The translations under genes and the position numbers were made by a program. The notes beneath the pieces were generated by a model. It worked only from the letters and a program-made list of their open reading frames with translations. It was not told where the DNA came from and did no database searches. Shown here one piece after another: positions 1 through 12,721 of a stretch of 64,000 nt of DNA. Origin of the DNA: the human T2T-CHM13v2.0 reference genome, Homo sapiens; assembly GCF_009914755.1 (NCBI RefSeq), contig NC_060935.1; one strand, given 5' to 3'. Positions within the stretch are counted from its first letter, which is position 1, and each line of letters begins with the position of its first letter.

Positions 1-1081
1 AAAACGAGACTCTGTCTCAAAAAAAAAAAAAAAAATTCCCACATTAGAGTTGGGGAAATGGGCAGTCCTGGTGGAAGTTAGGGAACAGATCTGGGACACG
101 TTATAGCCAGCTGGACTACAGGAGGCCATAAGCTCAATTCTTCCTTGACTCTGAAACCTTCCACTGGTCCTAATGCCTAGTAATTCCAGGCCTTTCCCAG
201 TTGTGCCAGGCTTGGAGGTGAACACATCTATGTGCCAAGAAGGAAAGGTATGCCAAGCAGGGGCTTAAGTCATCCTTATCCTCAGTCTGTCTATGAGTGG
301 TATGTACCCCTGTTCCCCTTGCAAGATCTGCTGGGCTTAGGTCTCCTGGCTGTGAGTTCCCCATACCTGGGCATAAATGTAGTGAGCCTGAGCTCCCAAA
401 TAAGGTTGGGGGCTCCAGAGAGGTGGAGAGCCCTGTGTCTGGGAAGTGTGCCCACCCAGCAGGTCTGACCAGGAAGATACACTGCTAGGGTTATGGAAAA
501 AGACTATGTGTCAAGGTCTCTTGATTCTCCATCTAGGCAGAGAATCATCTTTAATTAATGGGAAACTGGAAGGCAAATTACTTGGACCTGAAATTACTTT
601 TTGTTTATTGAACCACTGTGTTGTAAATCACATCTCTCTGAAGGCAAGAGAAATCAGGGAGTTACAAAATGTTTAGGAGAACTAAACAGGACTCCCTGTT
701 TTGCTAACTAATCAGATTGAGACAGGCTCTCTGGTAAATCTACAAATTTGATGTTGTTCAACCATAAGCAGTAAATTTCCTATGCTGGATTTTCCTGACA
801 ATGAATGTAAAAGGAAAAGGAGTCTTTTTGACAAAATATTTTATTGTTCATCTAAACTGAAAAACTTCTCTATTTTTCAAAATTGCTATACGTGTTTAAA
901 GATGTAGATATTTGAATAGCCTAACTGGTACAGAAGGTTTAATGATGATTCCTAAGACATACCTATAAATTACTTGAAATTGAAACGAAATTTAAGAAGA
1001 ATTATTGGAATTTTCCCCTTCTCAAATGAGTTCTTAGTTTCATAAATACTATACAAGTCCATAAGAGATTTGGGGTTTTGA

Positions 1082-1369
<288 letters not shown>

Positions 1370-1752
1370 TGAAAAGGAATAAAGTGCAATATTTTTAAAC
1401 AGAATGCAGAGTTCTGTTGTCCTTTGGCAATACCAGTTTCAGACTCTGAGAGTGGCTCTTGCTGTTGCCGACAGTGGGCTGATGACCAAATCCCAACATG
1501 CCCCCGCTGCGAGTCCTTCATAACCTGATTCAGTCATCACTTAGAGGCCAGCAGGCTTCAGGGAGGCGTGAGCCTCAGCCAACAACCTATAGGGGAAGAG
1601 ACGCAGAACTCAATGCAGACAGGTTTGGATTCTGGTGCCTAGAGAATGCAACTTGGAAACTCTGAGCCAGGAGAAAAGGGTTCTCTCTCCATGAGAGAGT
1701 GTGGGCTTTGTGAGAAGCGACACACAGCAAACACAATTAAGAGTCCACCCCT

Positions 1753-2119
<367 letters not shown>

Positions 2120-4334
2120 CTAAGTGGAAGAAACAGGAGGGAATCTTTTCTCCTGCCCTCCTGGTAATCCATAGCCCATGGCCTGGCTTTACTTCTGTAA
2201 AGTGGCAGGAGACCTTTTGACAGCTGAGCCATTTCTTATTTTATTTATTTTAATAAGAGATGGTAGGAATGAGCAATGATATTAGTACCTGGGGACTGTT
2301 GTTCTTAAGGAGAAACAATCTTAGAATGATTAGTGATACCCCTTGCTTTCTCTTTTCTTTCATTATACTTTTTGTACACATATTTTTCCCATTTATTTAT
2401 TGGAATCTTACTGATTTATTATAAGTATAAGCTTTATGTCTACACATGTATAATCATTTTTCCCCAAGTATAAGTCTCTTTTTCATGGAGGCACAGCCTA
2501 GACCTGGTTAGCCGCCATCTCCCCTCATTGTATGCCCAATATCTATTGTAGTATCTGCTGCATAGAAGGCACTCGATGCGTGAATGGATAATGACTGATG
2601 ATGAATCAATAAATAAATGGACATGTCATTGTAAAAAATTCTAAAAATCTAGAATAACACAAGCTGTTGGCACTACCTAGAAACACAGATGTAAAACTTC
2701 CTAGGTTGTGTTTCACCATGGGAACATGTCTTTGAACAAAAATGGGATCATATTCTATTGCACTCTTTCCCTTAAGAGATACTTCTCCAGGTCATTAAGT
2801 GCTCTTCCACAATATCAGTATATGGCAGAGGCAAGGTCATACCAGGTCTGTCTGAAACCAGGGCTTGGCTCTTAACTTGCAGCCATACTGCCTCCAAGTC
2901 TAGGTGGCTGGGTTTTAGGATCTGTAATGGGAACTCAGTGTCACAACCTCTACTGGGAAGGTATTCTGGTGTTGCATAACAGGACTTTCTGTTAGAGATA
3001 ACCATGGCAAAATGGAATAGAGACAAAGTTCAGGTTTCTGCTGCCAGGAGCTGAGATTGCTGTGACCAATGGCATTCTCCCAAACCAAATAATCCAACCT
3101 GGAATTACCATAAACCACTCCTCATCTTTTCAAGGGGTGTCCAAGTTCCCAGAAAAGAACATTTGTTAAGGGATGGAGGCAAGGAGGTGGAGAAGAAAGA
3201 GCACTGGCCAAGGTATCATGAGTGTCCTGGGTTCTGGTCCTTGAATAAGCCATTTATCTTCTCTGCAGCTTCTCCATCTGATAGGAGTTTGGAGGCAGAG
3301 TTTTTTCTTAATGAGCAAAAGACAGTCGTGCCTAGGAGATGTGGTGTACATGTTAGAAAGAAGGGACTGGCTGTGACTCTATAAAAGATGAATTCATACA
3401 AAAACAAATTACCCTTTCCCAGGGAGAAAGTTTGGATCCAGTAATTAGAGATCTCAAAAAGTAGAAGACCTGCCCTGTGAGGCCTGTGGCCTCCAAGTTT
3501 GAATGCTGTGTGTCAGCTTTAAAAACTAGTTTCTTGCTGATAAATGTTTCATATTAAGCATGTGTTGAGAGTACTCCTTGCCTACCTTCACTAGCCACTG
3601 TTTCCTTCCCCTCCTCCCTTGTCCCTTCATTCTCTCCAGAACTTTCTGCTAACTTCCATTCTCTTCAGGACTTCAGCATGGTTGGGAGAAGATCAGAAAG
3701 GCATCCTCACTGTTTTTATTTTAGTCCACTTGACCTTTGGGGAGTAGTTCCACTGGCTCATAAGTATCAGCCCCCCATAGCACAGCACCCCACACTGAGC
3801 CCGGAAGCAATAAAGAATCCCAATCTGCTGTCACTAACCAGCACGCTCAACTGCCATGCCCTTTACTCTTCTCATCTCCCTGCTTTCACGTCACACCAAC
3901 TAATTTCTCTATGAGTCAGCCTCAACTCTCCCAACACTCTGCCCACCCTTCTTCTACTACCTTCCAGTGAGCTCCTCGAAAGAAGGGTCTGCGGTGAGGA
4001 TGCCCCTTTATCTCTGCCTATTTCCTTCCCATTACAAAAACTTGAAACCTGCCTTTCCCATGTTGATTTCACTTTATTCTCATCTTTACCCATGGGGTAT
4101 GCCTCCTGCAATTCCTCCTAGACAATAGAATGAGAAAGAGGGGTCCTCGTCCTCTTTGCTTTCCATGACCATTTCTCCATTCTTCACCTCTGTGATGTGT
4201 CCTCTTTGAAGTCCCTGATAAATTCATTACCACCTTCTCTCCAGTCTTACTAATGTTATCTGCACAAGTGATTTCCAAACAGGAAGATTTTCAAACACTG
4301 ATTCCTGAAGATCACCCCCAACTCGCTGAACTGA

Positions 4335-4667
<333 letters not shown>

Positions 4668-4899
4668 TAGAAATACCCACTAGAAGCTTCTGTGTAGACA
4701 ATCTGCTTAGTGATGTTTGGAGACAAAGTACCTCTTTATTGTATTCATTGACAAAACTCTCCAGTCCTCTCCCATCTTCATGGAAAATTTTCACAGTTCA
4801 TTTACGGCCCTCTTTCCAACACATTCACTGCCAATACTCTTATTGACAATAACTGTATTGTTGAACCTTCCAGTATCCTGCATTCCCGGATCAAGGCCC

Positions 4900-5340
4900 C
4901 CTCAAAGCCCTGATATGCAAATATCTGGGAAAAGAATGTTCCAGAGGAAAGGAACAGCTAATCCGAGGCCCCTAGGGTAAGATGTGCCTGGGGGTTTGGA
5001 GACCAGTGTGGCCAGAGCAAAATGAGCAGGAGGAGAGAATTGGATGATGAGGTACGAGAGGAAGGAGTTAGGACAGTTTGAGTAAAGTTTGAAAACCATT
5101 ATAAGGGCTTTGACTTCAACTATGAGTGGAAGTGGAATCCTCCGGAGAGTTTTGAATGGAGAGTGATAGAAGTTGTCTTGTGTTGTAACAGTCTGGCTGC
5201 TATACTGAAAAGAGACTAGTTGGCGGCAAAGGGGGAAATGTGGAAGCCAGTTAAGAAGCCATCATAACCCAGAAGGTGATGCCTAATAACATCTCTCTGG
5301 GAGCAGCGGAGAGATGATAAGGGTTTGCCTTCTGAATATG
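4900..5340 (+). mobile_element. Degenerate L2 LINE fragment
   Basis: L2-like purine-rich motifs (AGTGTGGCCAGAGC...GGCTTTGACTT...GAGAGTTTTGAA); boundaries approximate. Confidence 0.55.
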
Positions 5341-5411
5341 TTTTTTGACAATTAATGTAAACATTTCAAGTAGGCTGAGATTTTATTGCATATTAACAAT
5401 GTCCATGTTCA

Positions 5412-7037
5412 CTCGCGGCAGCCGCCCCCTTCTGCGCGGTCATGCCGAGCCAGCACCTGGGCCTGGAACTGGGCCGCAGCCCCCAGCTTCACCCACCACC
5501 TCCCTACCATGGACCCCTGCAAAGTGAACGAGCTTCGGGCCTTTGTGAAAATGTGTAAGCAGGATCCGAGCGTTCTGCACACCGAGGAAATGCGCTTCCT
5601 GAGAGAGTGGGTGGAGAGCATGGGAGGTAAAGTACCACCTGCTACTCAGAAGGCTAAATCAGAAGAAAATACCAAGGAAGAAAAACCTGATAGTAAGAAG
5701 GTGGAGGAAGACTTAAAGGCAGACGAACCATCAACTGAGGAAAGTGATCTAGAAATTGATAAAGAAGGTGTGATTGAACCAGACACTGATGCTCCTCAAG
5801 AAATGGGAGATGAAAATGTGGAGATAACGGAGGAGATGATGGATCAGGCAAATGATAAAAAAGTGGCTGCTATTGAAGTCCTAAATGATGGTGAACTCCA
5901 GAAAGCCATTGACTTATTCACAGATGCCATCAAGCTGAATCCTCGCTTGGCCATTTTGTATGCAAAGAGGGCCAGTGTCTTCGTCAAATTACAGAAGCCA
6001 AATGCTGCCATCCAAGACTGTGACAGAGCCATTGAAATAAATCCTGATTCAGCTCAGCCTTACAAGTGGCGGGGGAAAGCACACAGACTTCTAGGCCACT
6101 GGGAAGAAGCAGCCCATGATCTTGCCTTTGCCTGTAAATTGGATTATGATGAAGATGCTAGTGCAATGCTGAAAGAAGTTCAACCTAGGGCACAGAAAAT
6201 TGCAGAACATTGGAGAAAGTATGAGCGAAAACATGAAGAGCGAGAGATCAAAGAAAGAATAGAACGAGTTAAGAAGGCTCAAGAAGAGCAGGAGAGAGCC
6301 CAGAGGGAGGAAGAAGCCAGACGACAGTCAGGAGCTCACTATGGCCCTTTTCCAGGTGGCTTTCCTGGTGGAATGCCTGGTAATTTTCCCGGAGGAATGC
6401 CTGGAATGGGAGGGGACATGCCTGGAATGGCCGGAATGCCTGGACTCAATGAAATTCTTAGTGATCCAGAGGCTCTTGCAGCCATGCAGGATCCAGAAGT
6501 TATGGTGGCCTTCCAGGATGTGGCTCAGAACCCAGCAAATATGTCAAAATACCAGAGCAACCCAAAGGTTATGAATCTCATCAGTAAATTGTCAGCCAAA
6601 TTTGGAGGTCAAGCATAATGCCCTTCTGATAAATAAAGCCCTGCTGAAGGAAAAGCAACCTAGATCACCTTATGGATGTCGCAATAATACAAACCAACGT
6701 ACCTCTGACCTTCTCATCAAGAGAGCTGGGGTGCTTTGAAGATAATCCCTACCCCTCTCCCCCAAATGCAGCTGAAGCATTTTACAGTGGTTTGCCATTA
6801 GGGTATTCATTCAGATAATGTTTTCCTACTAGGAATTACAAACTTTAAACACTTTTTAAATCTTCAAATATTTAAAACAAATTTAAAGGGTCTGTTAATT
6901 CTTATATTTTTCTTTACTAATCATTGTGGATTTTTCCTTAAATTATTGGGCAGGGAATATACTTATTTATGGAAGATTACTGCTCTAATTTGAGTGAAAT
7001 AAAAGTTATTAGTGCGAGGCAAACATAAAAAAAAAAA
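5412..7037 (+). pseudogene. ST13P5: Processed ST13 (Hsc70-interacting protein, Hip) retrocopy, ST13P5/FAM10A5
   Basis: Intronless 5'UTR + CDS + 3'UTR; AATAAA 6998-7003; poly-A 7027-7037; TSD GTCCATGTTCA at 5401-5411 and 7038-7048. Confidence 0.93.
5509..6618 (+). CDS. ST13P5: Intact 369-aa ORF of the ST13 retrocopy (dimerisation domain, TPR repeats, GGMP repeats, STI1/DP domain); translation unproven
   Basis: ATG in Kozak context ACCATGG at 5509; [16 protein letters not shown]...SAKFGGQA with no stop or frameshift. Confidence 0.6.
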   Translation: MDPCKVNELRAFVKMCKQDPSVLHTEEMRFLREWVESMGGKVPPATQKAKSEENTKEEKPDSKKVEEDLKADEPSTEESDLEIDKEGVIEPDTDAPQEMGDENVEITEEMMDQANDKKVAAIEVLNDGELQKAIDLFTDAIKLNPRLAILYAKRASVFVKLQKPNAAIQDCDRAIEINPDSAQPYKWRGKAHRLLGHWEEAAHDLAFACKLDYDEDASAMLKEVQPRAQKIAEHWRKYERKHEEREIKERIERVKKAQEEQERAQREEEARRQSGAHYGPFPGGFPGGMPGNFPGGMPGMGGDMPGMAGMPGLNEILSDPEALAAMQDPEVMVAFQDVAQNPANMSKYQSNPKVMNLISKLSAKFGGQA

Positions 7038-7934
7038 GTCCATGTTCATCTCTAAATGACATCATTGTTCCAAAGCTTTTCCATTCTTCTTAACCTTCCA
7101 CCTGTCAATCTATAGGAGATGACTTCTCCTACTTCACTCATGCATTGACTCCTTCAATCAATAAAAGTGACTAAGAACCTGCTACAGGTGAGGTGCTGTG
7201 TTTGGTGTTAAAGTGACAACAGTTATCTGTCAATAAGCCTGACAAGGTTCCTATCCCTGTGTTTTGTGCACTCTGGGTCAAACTCAGAAATGCAAACAGG
7301 TGGAGAGCGATGAGTTCTATGACTGGTAAAGAAAAGGGCCTGCTGGTTTCCCTCAGGATCTCTGTCCTTCATCTCAAAATGCATCTTCCTTGTTATCGTT
7401 CCTCTCCTTCCTGTCTCAGAGGAAGACCTGCTCCTGCTACACTCTGGGCAACCTTGTCCCCGTGGCCCTGTGGCCCCTTGGTTGTTGAAGTCTATGTTAT
7501 GCCCTATCTTTTACCCTCAGTCACTCTCTCTGTTAACATTCTCCCTGTGCCCTGTAACCCTCCCTCATCTTTAAATAAATCCTCCTCCTTTGACCTTCGC
7601 ATGTATTCAGTCATGCAACTCAACAAGCATTTATTGCACAGTGATATTCAATTTGCCACTTGCTAAAAGTCTGAACCTTGGCAGCTGAATGTGATCAGAA
7701 AAAAAGCACGACTGCTATGACTAGTCTCACTTTAAATTCATGGTCGTTGACCAAGAGCTACCATACAATCCACTACCTTTCTCAAGTTCAGTCACATTCT
7801 TCCTTTCCTAGATGTCTGCTTTCTACTTCTCTTCTCTTCTGAAACTTCCCACAACTCCTCGTTCATTCTCTTCTCAGTTGACAACTTTGCTTCCTATTTC
7901 ACTGAAAAATAGAAGCAATCAGATATGAACTTCT

Positions 7935-8461
<527 letters not shown>

Positions 8462-8780
8462 AGAAAGAAAAGAAAAGAGGAAAGAAAGAGAGAGGAAGGA
8501 AGGAAGGAGAAAGAGAGAGGAAGGAAGGAGAAAGAGAGAGGAAGGAAGGGAGGAAGAGAAGAAGGGAGGAAGAAAAGAAGGAAGGAAGGAGGGAGGGAGG
8601 GAAGGGAGGGAGGGAAAGAGGAAGAAAGGAGGGAAAGAAGGAAGGAAGAGAGAGAGGAAGGAAGGAGGAAGAGAGAAGAAGGAAGAAGGAAGACAGAGAG
8701 GGAGTAAGGAAGGAAGGAAGGAGAAAGAGAGAGGAAGGAAGAAATGAAGGAAGGAAGGAAAGAAAGAAAAAATAAAAGAG
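8462..8780 (+). repeat. (GAAG/GGAA)n polypurine low-complexity repeat
   Basis: Seen directly. Confidence 0.95.
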
Positions 8781-9025
8781 TGAAAACGGACTGGAGAAGA
8801 AGAAACCACAGTTGCTGCTATATCCACCAGCCTCTCTGCATGTCCTGGCCTCAGCCCTGCTGGGCTCTGGTACTGACCACTTCCTTCCTTCCTAATTTCC
8901 TAATTGACTAGGCCAGCTGAGCAGGGCTTTTCTGTGCTGAGGAGGTAAATCTCTGGATATCTAGACTGAGGGGTGGAAGGAGCCTTCCAGGGCACACATG
9001 AGACATGGCAGGGGTAGGCTGCTAG

Positions 9026-9330
9026 TTTTATTTTGTTTTCTTTTAGACACAGGGTCTTGCTCTGTTAACCAGGCTGGAGTGCAGTGGCGTGATTATAGCT
9101 CACTGCAGCCTTGACCTCCTGGGTCTCCCACAATCCTTCCGCTTCAGCCTCTTGAGTAGCTGGGACTGCAGGTGCACACTACCACACCCGGTCCATTTAT
9201 TTTTATATTTCGTAGAGACAAGATCTTACAGTTTTGCACAGAGTGATCTTAAACTCTTGACCCCAAGTGATCCTCCTGCCTTGGCCTCCAAAAGCATTGG
9301 GATTATAGGAGTGAGCCACTGTGCTGGACC
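9026..9330 (-). mobile_element. AluJ-like
   Basis: Antisense Alu consensus. Confidence 0.88.
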
Positions 9331-9582
9331 TAGTCTGTCAGCTTTGAAGCTTTAGATATGAACTCAGAGGGACTTCATTTCAGAGGCATCTGCCATGTGG
9401 CCCAGCAGAGCCCATCCTGAGGAAATGACTGGTAGAGTCAGGAGCTGGCTTCAAAGCTGCCCTCACTTCACACCTTCCAGCAGCCCAGGTGCCGCCATCA
9501 CGGGGCTCCCACTCTCAACTCCGCAGCCTCAGCCCCCTCAATGCTGAGGAGCAGAGCTGGTCTCCTGCCCTGACAGCTGCCA

Positions 9583-9597
9583 GGCACATCTTGTTCC
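9583..9597 (+). promoter_or_regulatory. SAA1: SAA1 glucocorticoid response element
   Basis: GGCACAtctTGTTCC, GRE half-sites with 3-bp spacer about 200 bp upstream of the TSS; an intact GRE is a known SAA1 (vs SAA2) feature. Confidence 0.8.
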
Positions 9598-9602
9598 CTC
9601 AG

Positions 9603-9612
9603 GTTGCACAAC
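9603..9612 (+). promoter_or_regulatory. SAA1: C/EBP (NF-IL6) site
   Basis: GTTGCACAAC. Confidence 0.8.
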
Positions 9613-9693
9613 TGGGATAAATGACCCGGGATGAAGAAACCACTGGCATCCAGGAACTTGTCTTAGACCGTTTTGTAGGGGAAATGACCTGCA

Positions 9694-9703
9694 GGGACTT
9701 TCC
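9694..9703 (+). promoter_or_regulatory. SAA1: NF-kB site
   Basis: Perfect GGGACTTTCC. Confidence 0.93.
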
Positions 9704-9759
9704 CCAGGGACCACATCCAGCTTTTCTTCGCTCCCAAGAAACCAGCAGGGAAGGCTCAG

Positions 9760-9767
9760 TATAAATA
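9760..9767 (+). promoter_or_regulatory. SAA1: TATA box
   Basis: TATAAATA about 30 bp upstream of exon 1. Confidence 0.9.
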
Positions 9768-9788
9768 GCAGCCACCGCTCCCTGGCAG

Positions 9789-9823
9789 GCAGGGACCCGC
9801 AGCTCAGCTACAGCACAGATCAG
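9789..9823 (+). other. SAA1: SAA1 non-coding exon 1 (TSS approximate); alternative downstream donor at 9970/9971
   Basis: Follows the TATA box; donor CAG|GTGAGG at 9823/9824. Confidence 0.85.
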
Positions 9824-9919
9824 GTGAGGAGCACACCAAGGAGTGATTTTTAAAACTTACTCTGTTTTCTCTTTCCCAACAAGATTATCATTTCCTTTAA
9901 AAAAAATAGTTATCCTGGG

Positions 9920-10039
9920 GCATACAGCCATACCATTCTGAAGGTGTCTTATCTCCTCTGATCTAGAGAGGTAAGCAGGGTCGGGCCTGGTAGTACTTGG
10001 ATGGGAGAACACCTGGGAATACCAGGTGCTAAAGGCTTT
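9920..10039 (+). pseudogene. 5S rRNA retropseudogene in SAA1 intron 1
   Basis: Full-length match to 5S rRNA (..CCATACC..TCTGATCT..TAAGCAGGGTCGGGCCTGGT-AGTACTTGGATGGGAGA..CCTGGGAATACC..GGCTTT); A-rich tail; TSD-like AAAAAATAGTTATCCTG / AAAAAATAATGATCCTG. Confidence 0.93.
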
Positions 10040-10414
10040 AAGAATAAAAAATAATGATCCTGCTTTGTGTTTATCCCATGTTGAGTTCTGTGCGGGGCAG
10101 AGGGAACACACGGTAAATGCGTTATGGGGAATTATAGGCTACTTGAGGGAGTGACAGTCTGGTGGTAACTCCTGCCTTCCTCCATCAGTGCCACGTTGGC
10201 ATCCTCTTATGCAGTCAGGCTTCAGGGCTGATGGGTTCAGAACCGAGGGCTTCTGGCTCTGAGTGAGGTCCTGCTGCAAGGTTTCCTAGATGAGCCACTG
10301 AGACTCTAATAAGATCCAGTGGAAATAACCAGGCTCTCGTCGGAATATAAGTCCCAAGGGAAGCTGTGCCAGTCTTGTGGGCGACTGCCTGACTTCTCCT
10401 TTCATTTCAGCACC

Positions 10415-10505
10415 ATGAAGCTTCTCACGGGCCTGGTTTTCTGCTCCTTGGTCCTGGGTGTCAGCAGCCGAAGCTTCTTTTCGTTCCTTGGCGAGGCTTT
10501 TGATG
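10415..10505 (+). CDS. SAA1: Serum amyloid A1, exon 2 coding part (signal peptide [18 protein letters not shown] + [12 protein letters not shown])
   Basis: Acceptor TTTCAG at 10410, CACCATG, donor G|GTAAG; 91 nt. Confidence 0.98.
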
Positions 10506-11627
10506 GTAAGGCTTCAGAAGGTTTGCAGGATTTCTGAAGAGAAACATCACCCTGGACCTGATAAACTGGGGAAAATGATGCTTTCGGAAGGCTGCTTTTG
10601 AACCACAGAGTTGCTAGTGTCTGCGTTGCTGAGGCCTGCCAGGAACTAGGGTTTGCTGGGTTGCCTGTCTCGAGTCTTTCAGAGCTGCTGGGAATATCCC
10701 CTTTCCCCGTAGTGCAGCTTCTCAGGATGTGTTAAGTGGATGGATCACATTTCAGAAGCCGCTGCAAGGTGTATCAAAAACACATCTCCTGAGCCGTAAG
10801 GGACGGGGCATCCAGTAACAACGCACACGGGGTATTTTTGGGCTTCCTTAAGATTTGAGCCGCTGCCTTAGGTTGTGCTGCCCAATGTGCCTGGGGAGCT
10901 GCTAAACAGATTAGAGAGTCGAGGATTGTTGTCAGTTACTCAGAGAAAGAACAATCATCCTTTCCAGGAGCACCTGAGCTGTTTGTTTTGCGTAGAAGAT
11001 GCAAAATAAGGCCTGCAATGGGTATAAAATGTCCCTCAGCATAAATCGCATAGGAGTATGACTAAGGCTGTTGACTCTTCTGTCTTCTTTCTCCTTCCTC
11101 CTTCGATTTCCTAGTTGGATAATGTACAGGGCTCTTTAGCCTCGCTCTGTCAGGGGCTCCCTTCCTGGTTTGTTCTGTTTCCATTCTTCCTTCTCCAGCC
11201 TTCTTGACAAGAGCTGGGAACTAACGTGCCTCAAGCCCCCACAAGGACCACAGCATTTTCTCATTTAGTTTCAGAATGACTCTGTGACGCAATCTTCCTC
11301 TCTTGGAAGGTGAGAAAGCTGATCTTGGAAGGTGAGAAAGCTGAGACTTAGAGCAGCTGAAGCCAATGCCCAGGGACTTACTGCCAGTCAGCAGGTGGCA
11401 GGGCAGAGGTTTGAGCCCGGCTGTGCTTGAGGTCAGGGCTCTTGCCAGGTAGACGCATCACTGACCACCTCCTAGAGGTTGATGGTTATGAATCTCAGGC
11501 ACACCTTGGCATCACCTGAAATACCCATGCCTTCAACTCCCCAGCAGAGTCTGCAGAAACTGGCCTGGGGTGTGGCCTGGGCACTGGGACTTTCAGTTTC
11601 TCTCTGGGTGATTAGAAAGTGCAGCCA

Positions 11628-11913
11628 AGGCTCACGCCTGTAATTCCAGCACTTTGGGAGGCCAAGGTGGATGAATCACTTGAGGTCATGAGTTCCGGAG
11701 CAGCCTGGCCAACATGGTGAAACCCCGTCTCTACTAAAAATACTAAAATGTAGCCAGGCGTGGTGGCAGGCACCTGTAATCCCAGCTACTCAGGAGGCTG
11801 AAGCACGAGAATCACTTGAACCCGAGAAGCAGAGGTTGCAGTGACTAGAGATCGCACCAGTGTCCTCCAACCTGGGTGACAGAGCGAGACTCCATCTAAA
11901 AAAAATGAAAAAG
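11628..11913 (+). mobile_element. AluS-like in SAA1 intron 2
   Basis: TSD AGAAAGTGCAGCCAAGG at 11614 and 11912. Confidence 0.92.
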
Positions 11914-12077
11914 AAAGTGCAGCCAAGGCAGAGCACCACTGCCCTATTGCTTCCTCAAGCAACCCACAGCATCAGTACAGCCTACTAAGAAAGTATTTAG
12001 GGACTTTTATGCTCCTAACAGTCACTGGAACTCACGTCACAATGACGTGTATTCCATTTGCAAGAATATATACTTTA

Positions 12078-12355
12078 GGTCGGGGTGCGGTGGCTCACGC
12101 CTGTAATCCCAGCACTTTGGGAGGCCAAGGCAGGGGGATCACGAGGTCAGGAGTTCGAGACCAGCCTGACCAACATGGTGAAATCCCCGTCTCTACTAAA
12201 AATACAAAAATTAGCCAGGCGTGATGGCGCATGCCTGTAATCTCAGCTACTCAGGAGGCTGAGGCAGAAGAATCTCTTGAACCTGGGAGGTGGAGGTTGC
12301 GATGAGCTGAGATAGCACCACTGCACTCCAGCCTGGGCGACAGAGCAAGACTCTG

Positions 12356-12390
<35 letters not shown>
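12078..12390 (+). mobile_element. AluS-like in SAA1 intron 2
   Basis: Long poly-A; TSD AAGAATATA(T/A)ACTTTA. Confidence 0.92.
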
Positions 12391-12392
<2 letters not shown>

Positions 12393-12721
12393 ATATAAAC
12401 TTTAGTAGTCAGGGCAGAAGTACTCTGTGTCTGCCACCTTTCTCAGCATCAGTATTCCATGTCACTACCTCATTCATACACACTCCTGGATCTTATCATA
12501 GGCAGCTTCATTCTATAGCAGTGGCTCTTCACCAGGGCACTTGAAGAAGCCAACTAGGATAAAGGAATGTGCTTCTCAACCCATGGTATCCAAGGCTGCT
12601 ATGATCACAGGCTGAAAGCTTGAAGTCAGTGGAAGATTTGTCCTTCCTCATTCCCCTCTAAGGTGTTGTTGGAGTCTTTATGTTCTCCTGATGTCCCTTC
12701 TGCCTTTCCTTTCCTTTCCAG

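Noticed and set aside
780-1020. kB-like motifs (GGATTTTCC, GGAATTTTCC) far upstream of SAA1
   Set aside because: Imperfect matches expected by chance, with no supporting motif cluster
5386-5508. 41-aa N-terminal extension of the ST13-like ORF in the ORF track
   Set aside because: Starts at a non-ATG codon outside the TSD; the real start is the ATG at 5509
9720-9790. Genotyping the known SAA1 promoter SNPs (-13T/C etc.)
   Set aside because: I cannot fix the literature numbering to exact bases from the sequence alone
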